The notes below the pieces were generated by a model. The model did no database searches. It was not told the origin of the DNA and was given only the letters and a program-made list of their open reading frames with translations. Below are positions 11,658-22,049 of a DNA stretch of 64,000 nucleotides, one piece after another; positions within the stretch are counted from its first letter, which is position 1; each line of letters opens with the position of its first letter. The stretch spans positions 1 through 64,000 of the forward strand of contig NW_026783096.1 of NCBI RefSeq assembly GCF_031769215.1, given 5' to 3'. The DNA is from Ylistrum balloti. Taxonomy: Eukaryota. The position numbers and the translations under genes were made by a program.

Positions 11658-12849
11658 AAATCCTTATAGAAGTAAACTATATTGTACATATTATGATTCG
11701 TTAAGTGCTGAACATAATACTGATTGATTTGTGAACCTCAAATGTGTTTCCTGTCTCTGATATGTATAATCAGTGACATTGTAAGTATCGCCATTACACT
11801 AATGTTGTCGCTTTGATATAAATCTATACAGGATGGCGAGTTATTGATTACATCTTATTACTAACATATTGGATATTTCAATATAATTATACATTTCCTT
11901 TTCATCCTAGTCTGTAAAACACCTTCATTACATTGCCAAGGTTATATTCGATATCGCTACCTCTCATTCATATATTTATAGTAAGTAATGCAAAATGGGA
12001 TGTGAAAAAATATTGCCTTATTCGGGGCCACATATATCAGATAAACCATTTACAGATATCCCATCTTGGCGACCTGTGTTTACGAATACATCACGGACTT
12101 TCCCTACTGCATTATCCCATACCTCAACCTTGCTTAAAAGGATTTGAAATGGAACTGTCGATGTTACCTACTTCATGTTTAAGACGTGACTTGTATCGAA
12201 ACGCTATACAACTTTTGCTTACGTACCCTGTGCTTGAGGAACGAAAGTGTTAACACATTGTCATTGTGCTTACTTAACCGTCGTCTAGGATCCATGATTT
12301 CTTCCTTTAAATTTCAGTAAGGATCACACAATCTTCATCTATATTTTACTGTTGAACTTCCTAATATGCTATCAGATAAGATATGCATTAACATACACAT
12401 ATATACTCTGAAACAACACAATGACGTGGTCTACTTGAAAACTTCAGTTTAGAAACACGCAAATTAAGATACTGAAATATAATGAGAATTTGGCCGTTTT
12501 CTGTTACTGAAAGAGTCTGTGAGACACCTGGCGCACAATAGCAAAGAGTGATTCCATGGTCCAATTTTCAAAAAATGCACTGGTTTGAACTTATTTGCCT
12601 AGTTTGGGCTTCAATGTCGTTCTTTTTTAACATCTCAAACAAAACATGAGACACTTTATACTGATTTAGAATGAAATCTAATTTAAACCGTCATATATGG
12701 AATCATTAAATTATCAACACGTGCGTAAATCGTTTGTCCTGACACCAATTAAAGTTTATCGTGCCTCCGCCGAACACACAATGCTATGTTCATAACGAGC
12801 ACATCTTATTAAAAGTTCACTAATTAGAAAGTTTACAAACACACTGCAG

Positions 12850-14625
12850 TCATTTGCGTATGATTTCTACCGGCATTAAACAATCATTAATCCATTTTAC
12901 ATCCGACACCCACCTGTCCATTAGATTACACTGGCTTGTTATATAGTTTTCATGCGCTTCATACTCAGATTGTAGCTTTAAGGATATACGTGAACAAATA
13001 TAACAGTAAACTACGTTAATCAGATCTGACACAAGCCATAAAAAGTCACGAAGCAATGCTCTTAAATGTAAAAGTTGAATTTGCATATAAGGGAATGAAT
13101 GCTTTTAACAGCAGCGCTATTTTACATCAGAAGTCTGTTTTAGCTAACATTTCTCCATACTTTCAGCAGAAATACCCCTGTGATTTCCTACAGTAACCCC
13201 AAACCATTTACATCCAAACTTTTCAACTACAAATGAATGCTGCAAGAACTGAATGTAGATGACCTAAGAAGTACTCCTTTGTCAGCTCGGTCGTATTCTA
13301 CTTCTACTTATAACTATGGTCCTACTAGGCACAAAGTATCTGGTGAATAAAGCTTAATTCAAACTGTTCAGCTACGACAGCTTAAGTATCGCAAAGCCCT
13401 GCCCGTTGATTGGAATAGATTTTCAAGATACTCATGGTTTCCGTTCAAAATATGCCAAAGATTGGGCGAAACGAGATTCACTTTCTGGGTGGGTTAAATC
13501 CATTTTGAAAAGGCTCAGCTGCTTGAAATCTAAAATAGAAACAAAACACTTGTCAGCTTTCCTCGATTCTGATGTTAAACCCATATTTCAAGATTTACAT
13601 GACAAGTACGTTATTGTGACTGTTGTTTAGGGGTCCAATAACTTGATCCTTGTCTGCAAACATTATTTCATTTCCTGCATACAAAAAAGAACAAGGATTG
13701 TTTGATAACGGAGGATATCTCGTCTATACAGTATGCTATTTTTCCAAAGAAAAAATACTTGTTCAGCATACTTTGGTACTAAAATTATTTAGATTACCTA
13801 TTAATGATAAGATGATAAGGATAAGGACCTCTCCCGTATAATTGGATTCCTACATTTCACAAGAATCTATATAAACGACGTTTTAATGCTGGCTCGTCTA
13901 GCTCCTCAACCAAACCTTTGTCAATACTAAGAACTCGACAAGGCTTTTGACCGATCTTCAAAACTCTTTTGTAAAACATACTCTTATACAAAAACATTTG
14001 ATGTTTCCACTCTGCACACCACCATACCAATGCTAAGAAAACTGGAAGAATGCCTTCGTTCTCTTCTTAAGAGCTTTCTTTTTTAGACAGATAACTATAC
14101 TGAAGTGCATTTCCTGCAAAACAATATATCTAAATAGGACGAAATAAGAAAAATGATCTTATTAAAACAAGTCACAAAGGCCATATAAAGTTTTTAAATA
14201 ACTATTTCGGATATATTGGCATAGTTCAGATAACAAGAAATATATTGACGCAATTAATCGTATAAACCCCAACAGAAATAGAATTCAAGGAAAAGAACAG
14301 CTCTACTACATCAGCCGCTTATCTCGTTCTTTTCCGACAATCAAACCAGTATGAACAACTTTCCAATAAGTTGTATAAGTGTGATCATTTTACTTTCCCT
14401 ATTGTGAATTTTCCTTCTCTGGAGTGCAACACACCTTCATCCTCATCCTATCGTGTTAACATATCGCAGTAGATTCGATATTCAAGAGTCTGTTCTAATT
14501 ATCACGTTATCCATCCATGAAATCTTCAATTGCCGGACAAAATCCTAAATCTTTCTTTTGTTCAAATTTTGCCCTAGATCTATTGAATTTGGATTATAAT
14601 TATGTGTTGATATTTTTCCGTTTTC
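12850..14625 (+). mobile_element. Degraded Penelope-like retroelement RT (duplicate at ~57480-59370)
   Basis: Frame-broken motifs LHDKYV..(P.DK)GSNNLILVCKH, WIPTFHKNLYKRRFNAGSSSSSTKPLS, KTFDVSTLHTTIP and FPIVNFP..ISQ*IRYSR match Penelope-like RT as recalled. Boundaries are approximate. Confidence 0.8.
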
Positions 14626-15183
14626 TTTCTTTTGTCTTTTCTGGGTTTTTTTTTTTTATTATTATTATTATTTAACTCAGTGATAAGATTAATTTAACAA
14701 CGACACCCACAAAAAAATCTGTAACTTTAAATGAAATACTGTTTAACAATCATTTTCTGGCTGCCTGGATGTCAGATAAAGTAAAGATAGTATAAAATTT
14801 ACATTGACGACTTCTTTGTTTTTAATCAGACTATGTAAATACAATCCCGTGTCGATACCCATGTTAACACGGGGTAATCGAATCGTTAACTGCTTATTGA
14901 TTTGCTCAAGAATAACAATAACAGTTGATGTCAATAATGGAACGGAATAACCCAACAACATTAACGATATTTCCTTATAGATATAGTTTGTTGAATGGCA
15001 TTATTGATATTTGTTCTGCGTGGTAGAGCTTAAAAGCGCCCTCTTTATCATTTACAAAAAAATTGTCAAAAATCAAATACACTGTATGTGCACATAATCC
15101 GTTATTTTGAAGTTATCCATCGAGTGAGTAATAGAGACGTGTCAGCAATGGTGACAAACAACAACGAACGTAGGCATCACACT

Positions 15184-16485
15184 ATGAATGCGTGGACCTT
15201 TCTGTTCATATTTGCCTGTTTTATGTGCTTTCATGTAAATTGTGACGAGAAAAAGAGTCATGTTGTTGACATCTCCTATGAATCTGTTACCGAGTTACAG
15301 CATTTATTGCTACAAAACTACAGCAAAGATTTTCGCCCCATACATAATCAAGGAAGACAAGTAGTGATATCTGTTTTCTGGGAACTACACAGCATAAATG
15401 CCTTCAATGAGGTCACAGGAGAGTTCGTAACAAGCTCCAGATTTACAACTGCGTGGGTCAATGAAATGATGAAATGGGATCAATCTTTATACAATACATC
15501 TTACATCATTCTTAACAGTGCAAATATATGGATTCCGGTACTTGCTTTCGATAACCCGACTGGAAGTACTGATATCAGGAAGGAATACGAACACGGAACC
15601 ATTCGTTGTACTCCTAAAGGCAACCATTTCTTTGCGGTAGCGATAAGGACGAGCACAATTTGTCAACCTGACATGCGTTTATATCCGTTTGATCGCCATA
15701 ATTGCACCATAATAATTTATACACCTGATTATCTAATTCATGAGATTGCCTTAATACCATTCATTCTGACCGATGTTTCTAAATTAATAGTGGTTTCCCA
15801 ATGGGAGGCTACTAATTTCTACAGCTATAATGACGATACAAGAGATTACAGCCGGCTGGTATTCGGAATTGAGTTCAAAAGAAAACCGGAATTTGTTATC
15901 TTTAATCTACTGGCACCAGTTGTCCTCCTGTGCTTGCTCAATATAACAGTATTCCTTCTACCCCCACAGTCCGGGGAGAGAGTGTCCTTCTCCGTCACCA
16001 TGTTTCTCTCGTTTTCTGTGTACATGACGTTGATATCAGAGAAACTCCCTGTCACAAATCCAGTGTCGATCTTCACCCGGTACCTTATCTGTAATGTCAC
16101 CTACAGTGCACTTATTCTCTTCTTCACTGTAATTGGACTTAGATTCCATTTGGCGGAAGACGAAAATGAGATTCTTTACGGTTGCCTTCAGCGATTAATC
16201 AAAGCCGTATATCTCATTTTTTTCCTTTGTGGAAGACGAAGAAGACAAAAAGAAGATGACCACCAGGTGGCACTCGACAACAAATCTGCTGATACTGTAA
16301 GTACCACCGATTCGCTTCCTCCCGTGTTACCCGAAAATCACAGAGATTTGAATAAAGACAAAAACGTAGGAGATATTCTTATGAAAGACTTCGGCAGACT
16401 GATTGACAAATTTTGTTTAGTGTTCTTTCTAATGATGATTGTAGCAGGGAATTTAACGTTTGTGTTATATATCGCACTATCTTGA
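15184..16485 (+). CDS. Intronless nAChR-like Cys-loop subunit, gene B copy 1 (433 aa from ATG 15184; alternative in-frame ATG at 15148)
   Basis: Intact ORF with signal peptide MNAWTFLFIFACFMCFHVNC, Cys-loop CQPDMRLYPFDRHNC, M2 GERVSFSVTMFLSFSVYMTLISE, and M4 before TGA. No vicinal CC (non-alpha type). Confidence 0.95.
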   Translation: MNAWTFLFIFACFMCFHVNCDEKKSHVVDISYESVTELQHLLLQNYSKDFRPIHNQGRQVVISVFWELHSINAFNEVTGEFVTSSRFTTAWVNEMMKWDQSLYNTSYIILNSANIWIPVLAFDNPTGSTDIRKEYEHGTIRCTPKGNHFFAVAIRTSTICQPDMRLYPFDRHNCTIIIYTPDYLIHEIALIPFILTDVSKLIVVSQWEATNFYSYNDDTRDYSRLVFGIEFKRKPEFVIFNLLAPVVLLCLLNITVFLLPPQSGERVSFSVTMFLSFSVYMTLISEKLPVTNPVSIFTRYLICNVTYSALILFFTVIGLRFHLAEDENEILYGCLQRLIKAVYLIFFLCGRRRRQKEDDHQVALDNKSADTVSTTDSLPPVLPENHRDLNKDKNVGDILMKDFGRLIDKFCLVFFLMMIVAGNLTFVLYIALS

Positions 16486-19400
16486 TACTTGTTAAATGTT
16501 TGTATTGATTTACATACGCTTTAATTTATGTTATATGTATCCTGACTTTATCCTCCTTTCTCTTTACGTCATTAAAGCCCCAATATACGAAAAAATCACT
16601 ATAAAAAAACAAACTTTATCTTATTTTCCCCGTAATATATGTATCAAAACAAATACTTTCCATGAATTAAGAAAATAAAACTGACTGTTTTCAATTTAAC
16701 TATGTGGGACCCACAATAATTCATACATTACCGCTCGTAGCGATGACATTGCACATGCGCATATTCCGCGTGTGTAAACATGGCAGACACAGTACAGACG
16801 TTCACCAGTCGCTTCCTTTTTTTCCAATCATACATCAGGCCAGTTCTGAATTTTTACATTATAATTGTACGTCGTATCGTTTCTAAACTAATTATTCCTT
16901 CTAATAATTTCCCAAAAACTGAATGTTTATCACAGGAATACTTCAAGTCTACGACAAGACTTCGCAAACATGCGTCCTCTACAAGTAGAAACCTCAACTC
17001 TCGCGAGATCAGGTCATGAACTTTCCGACGTGGTTCGGCAACAATCGTAATTTCGATGGAGGCTGTTTAAAATGGAGGTGTGTTTACAAATAGCGAGTTT
17101 CAACTGCTCATATATCAATACTTTATGCACAAAGTCATGGTAACTATTGTTTGAATAACTTAATTCTAACTATATCTTAGAGAATATATCAATAATTATG
17201 TGTGATTCTACATTAAATTTTTGGTGAATGTTACGTATATTGGGGCTTTAAAAATAACATGCCCGTAACTGTGATTGAAAATAAAACTTTATCTGTAAGA
17301 CTCAATATGTAAAGCATGAGTCTCGTTATTGTACTTGACAAATATATCATTATTCGTACAGGTAAATGTATCGAAAGTCACAAGTTTCAACATTTACCTA
17401 TGTGACACTTCAAATTCTCTCTGTATAACATATGATATAATGATGTGTGTAGCATGACTTTATAGACAAAGTGTTGAGGAAAACTTTGTGTACATCCATT
17501 TTCTATATGTCCATAAAAATAGCTTTCCCATTGCTGTGATTGAAATAAAACTGTGTTTGAGATTGACTCAATTTACAGTATACAACATTGTAACGGGAAG
17601 ACTTGTTTTGCTTAATTTAGATAACATATCACTGTCAACTGTTTTTAGTATACATGTATTTATTTACAATGATATAAAATGGTCTTAAGTCACTTAACAC
17701 CAGAATCTCTCACTCTTTCACTCCATTGATAGAACACAATAAAATAATAATAACATTTGTAAAGATGGGATGTGGTCCACACTTTCTATACAACAGTCTA
17801 ACAACAAACACTAATGTCTCCAAATCACAAGTAGGCAGTAATCCACAATGGTGCACACTGACGGTCAAATGTCCACACACCTACTAGCAGGCTGAATTCC
17901 ACTTTCAGTGTACTGAGTCCCTAACTACTATAGCTACTCAAGGTACTCCACAACCTTAACCCTCCCTGGCCGAGGACGAATCCTACGTCAACAGACTCGA
18001 GGACTGGACGATCATACCAAATAACCATCCCCAGTTGGAGGACTGCATGGACCCTGGTATACATCACCGGTCAATAGCATTGGCCACAGGTCCGTAACAC
18101 TACGGAAACGTCAATATGAGACCACATCGGCACCAACAATATCGAGTCAAACTACAATATAATTGACATACACTAATCACAAACGTATGGCCTATTATTC
18201 TCAATACATTGCAGTAAACATCTTACAAGAACATGTCATTACTAGCAACGCTACAGCAACATCCGTTTTGCGTGTAATACTATAAGCCACAATAGATGTA
18301 ACCACTGTATGCAACTCATTATACCTATTCATAATTATTCCAGCTTATAAACAGTAATTACTTGACTACTGTTAGGTTTGTTATAGTGTTAAATATTATG
18401 CAATATCACTACTTGAACATAAAAATGTACAGCCACCACCTTACTAGCTAACAATAACAAACACACACCTGTTAACACGTGTATACACCTGTACAGTACA
18501 GTAGCGACTCTATATAAACAGAACTAGTAATGACATTGTTTACGTCTGTTTACCGCACATAAAATAGTTAAAGTTACTCATGAATTCAACAAAACATGCA
18601 TAAACCTCTAACGGGTAAGGCACTCTACGAAAGCTGCGGTTTTCGTTGATGTTATTCCCGTATTTACGTTTGTTAACCGGCCATGGTTACCACGCACCTG
18701 CTAGTGTTCCCTATTCTCATGTCCTCTCCTCGTTTTCCAGTTCATATCCGGTACAAAATTTTCTACCGTGCGCACGTAATTCAAAGTTCATATGCATGTG
18801 ATATGTGACAATAGTTAGGTCAGTGATAAGTAAGCCTTCAATAAGGAAGAGTAGAATTCAGGTAATGGCGTGAAAGAAAAACCTGAGAAATGACTATAGG
18901 GGGCAACTGCATATTGACCTCTCCTCCCCAAAGTTAACAACAAGGAAACAAATATATATTCACCTGGTGGAGAAGATGTGCAAAAAAAATGTTCGCATTA
19001 TTCAATCGGGTACTTCATTAGATGTCCATTCGACTTCAGACAGACACGTGGTTGTAGTGAACCAATTATGTTTTGAAATATAAATATAAATAGAGAGGCT
19101 TTCGAAAATAACTCAATGAAATATGTAATTGGATACATGTATGTATATGGATGAGGTGGTGGGTGTAAGAATGTGTTCGTGTGTGTGTGGAAGATTGTGA
19201 GTGTGGTGGCGTATGTGTGGTTAGAAATAAAAAATTGTTTTCACATTCTCTTATTTAAGATATTGAAAAAGGTGCACAAACGATGAAGTCTTCTAAACAT
19301 TAGCGCTTTCAGTATAAAGTTTCACATGCTCAACCATTAGGACACATTTACAAAGTACACGGTGGCAAGGATACTATATTTTGACGACACATATACATTC

Positions 19401-21968
19401 GATGACGTTACAATAAATTAATATAGAAAACTATTATGTTAGTGTTTAAACAATGTGATAAAATCTCGTTTCTAGTATTGTTTGTCCTAAACCGTCTTAT
19501 ATGGACGATCAAGATAGACACATAAAAATGATACTACCCTCAAAAGAGTTGTCCGCCCTTGTCTCAGAAAGTGAATGGCCACTAAAATGTATTGGAAAAT
19601 GCTGGTCAATCCAGCAGATTAAGGAAAATGGATTAGTTTTAACATATTATCAATACAAGGATAGAACAGCATGGCATGAAACCTGCGGAGGCATCACGTC
19701 TAGTAATGAAGTAATGAAAACTATAATAAATATTTCTGATTTTCCTCATAATAAATGTTTAATATATCATTACATTATCATTACATTGAGTGGGAAAAAC
19801 TGGCATGAAAAGTTCCATTTATCTCATATCAAATAAAATGATTTCATATAGGCATATTTTGAAGTAAACTGATTTCCAACATCCAACTGGAACTGTGTGA
19901 CGTCATCTCATTATCCTTGCATATGTGTAAAATAAGTGTTACTACATCACATTGGAAGTTGTGACGTGGTCGAGTTGAATGTCATCAAGCGATACCTGAA
20001 ACAAAGAAACATTTATATAAGACGAGCTAGCAATCGTTATGACATAAGAAAACGGCAAACACATTTAACGTAAAACACTGTGACACCAGAAGACTGTTTA
20101 GTTTTTATGAAAAAACAGCTATTCAGTTTCATTGTCTGTCTCTTTTTACTGGCGAAACATTCCTTGGGGGTGGAGAAGTTGTTTTTTCTACTTCATTTTC
20201 ATTTCACTCATCAGTTTGTCTATTTCGCTATTTAACTGCCACCCTTCTCATATTGGCTATCATATTATTGAATTTAATAACATACATAAGATACCTATTA
20301 CAAAGTATAGATTTACTACTGACCGGAAACATAGCTTTTGTTTTGTTTTGTTTTGTTTTTTTTTTTTTTTTTTTTTGCTTATATAGTCTGATATCTGGCA
20401 TCAACGTTCACATGCAGTATTCAGTGTTTTTGTTATTATAATAATATCTTGATCATTTTTATGCCTTTCAAACAAGTGTTACTTCTCCAAAACTCTTTAT
20501 TTTGTAAAGATAGTTATGACAAATTTGGTGAAATTCTTTGGAAACCTACGAAGTGATTACTGATATTTCGTCAATCAGCAAATAACAGCTTTAACTCGAG
20601 GTCAGACTCAGTTGATAACAAACAATGGACGATATTAGCCATATTGTATCTGGTCTCTGTATTGACGTTTCGACATCTTAAGTGGTGAATCTTATTTCAT
20701 ATCTGATATTTCTGATATTCGGAAGAAAATACTTTTACCATTAATGATCGAAAGAAACACCTGCACATGTGTGCTGTCTTGCTACCTTCCTTTTCAGGTT
20801 GTATTAAGAGTTATCTCCCTTTTTACCACTCTTTTGTTACATAGTTGCATCGTGCATGCTTCATGATACTCAAAACATCTTAAGGCAACTATCGTGTAAG
20901 TTTATTGTATCATTCCTATCTGATATCAGTTTATACTCAAATATTTGATTCCAGTTTAATTCAATTTATTAGTAATACACTGTAATGTGATAATTAATAC
21001 CTAGATTTAAACATTGATCTTCAGGTCAAATCCATTCGGTATGTCCGTTATACACTGTTCGTTTATTTTCTATAACATGCTTGGAAAATTTAATCATAAT
21101 TTCGTTTCTTTCAACAAAGTGTAATTTCAAATAGTGGATTTAGTTTAACAATTTAGATTAGGTTGACATAGATGCTAATTTTATTTGCCCCCGATTACGG
21201 TAACGGGGTTACATAGTATATTTACATACATGTATATGAAACCACTCAAAGTTAATAGATGTGATTAGTGTGATTAGTATAAAATGTTAAATTCCAAGCT
21301 GCACATTTTATATTAACTCCTAAATTTTTGACACATTGTTTTATTCTGTATTTTGCTGTTTTTCACCCTCTCTTGATGTCTGTGGTCATTTACAATGCCA
21401 AAAGCAAATAAAGTTGATTCCATCACAACATGACTGTAATAATAATTTTGTTTTTGTATAAGAAAAACTGCTTCCTAATTTGTCAACGTGTTTCATCTCA
21501 TTTCTCGATAAGATATATCTACCTCCACCCACTTGATAGTGATTACCAAGTGTGTGTGTGCACCGCTGTCATTCGATGATGTTAAAAAAAACGGATTGAA
21601 ACAGCATACAATATTTAATATCTTACAATATACACGAATATTAAGAGATTAACAAATAATGGTCTTGTCGGGAAAATAAAATTCAAGTTTTGTAATTGTA
21701 TTTTTGCACATTTTGCTACTTAAAGCAGAATGCAATCTCACATCGCGCAAACAAAACCTTATACTGCCTTTAAATTTTGAGCCCGGCATACAAATAAAGA
21801 GTTGATTTCAATCCAGATTGTTGTCTTTTGCTTTGATGCCGAAAATGAATGATGAATCAGATGAGAATCACCAAACATCAGCAGCACCCTACCTGTTGTA
21901 TCAGGATAGCCAGAATTGATAACCAAGCTGCTCTTGTTCTACTCAGCACTCTCATAAATCGCTAATCC

Positions 21969-22049
21969 TTAAGATTCAACACTCTTACGACAAAAAAATG
22001 TAAACAAACCACTTGTCACGTTTGCTCTCGGAGAACATGCGTCTTTACT
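21969..22049 (-). CDS. SLC5 candidate terminal exon (SKDACSPRANVTSGLFTFFCRKSVES*)
   Basis: An AG acceptor in the correct phase leads to TAA, but there is no homology support and the pyrimidine tract is weak. Confidence 0.3.
   Translation of the reverse strand, partial: SKDACSPRANVTSGLFTFFCRKSVES

Larger units (their letters stand above)
2760..19234 (+). repeat. Segmental/tandem duplication, copy 1 (copy 2 is ~47400-64000 and runs off the window)
   Basis: Colinear near-identity with offsets of 44636 (2791/47427), 44620 (4418/49038), 44629 (10933/55562) and 44766 (15121/59887 through 19234/64000). Confidence 0.97.

Noticed and set aside
14846-14874. cccgtgt...acacggg hairpin upstream of gene B as a Helitron end or terminator
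   Set aside because: Only a 7-bp stem with no properly placed CTRR terminus; expected by chance.
15088-15183. GTG/TTG-initiated N-terminal extensions in the ORF track (15088, 5670, 50291, 59890)
   Set aside because: Eukaryotic initiation and signal-peptide position favour the ATGs at 15184 (or 15148), 5661, 50282 and 59950. The 15088 extension is not conserved in copy 2.
4558-16100. Short overlapping ORFs (4558-4773, 4671-4964, 5164-5379, 5455-5646, 15846-16100 and their duplicates)
   Set aside because: They are shadow or antisense frames of the receptor CDSs; their mutual similarity only reflects the shared pore tract.
17700-18900. CA-biased segment with a TATA-like tatataaa as a possible solo LTR or promoter
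   Set aside because: No partner LTR, PBS/PPT, TG...CA ends with TSD, or coding remnant could be identified; left unexplained.
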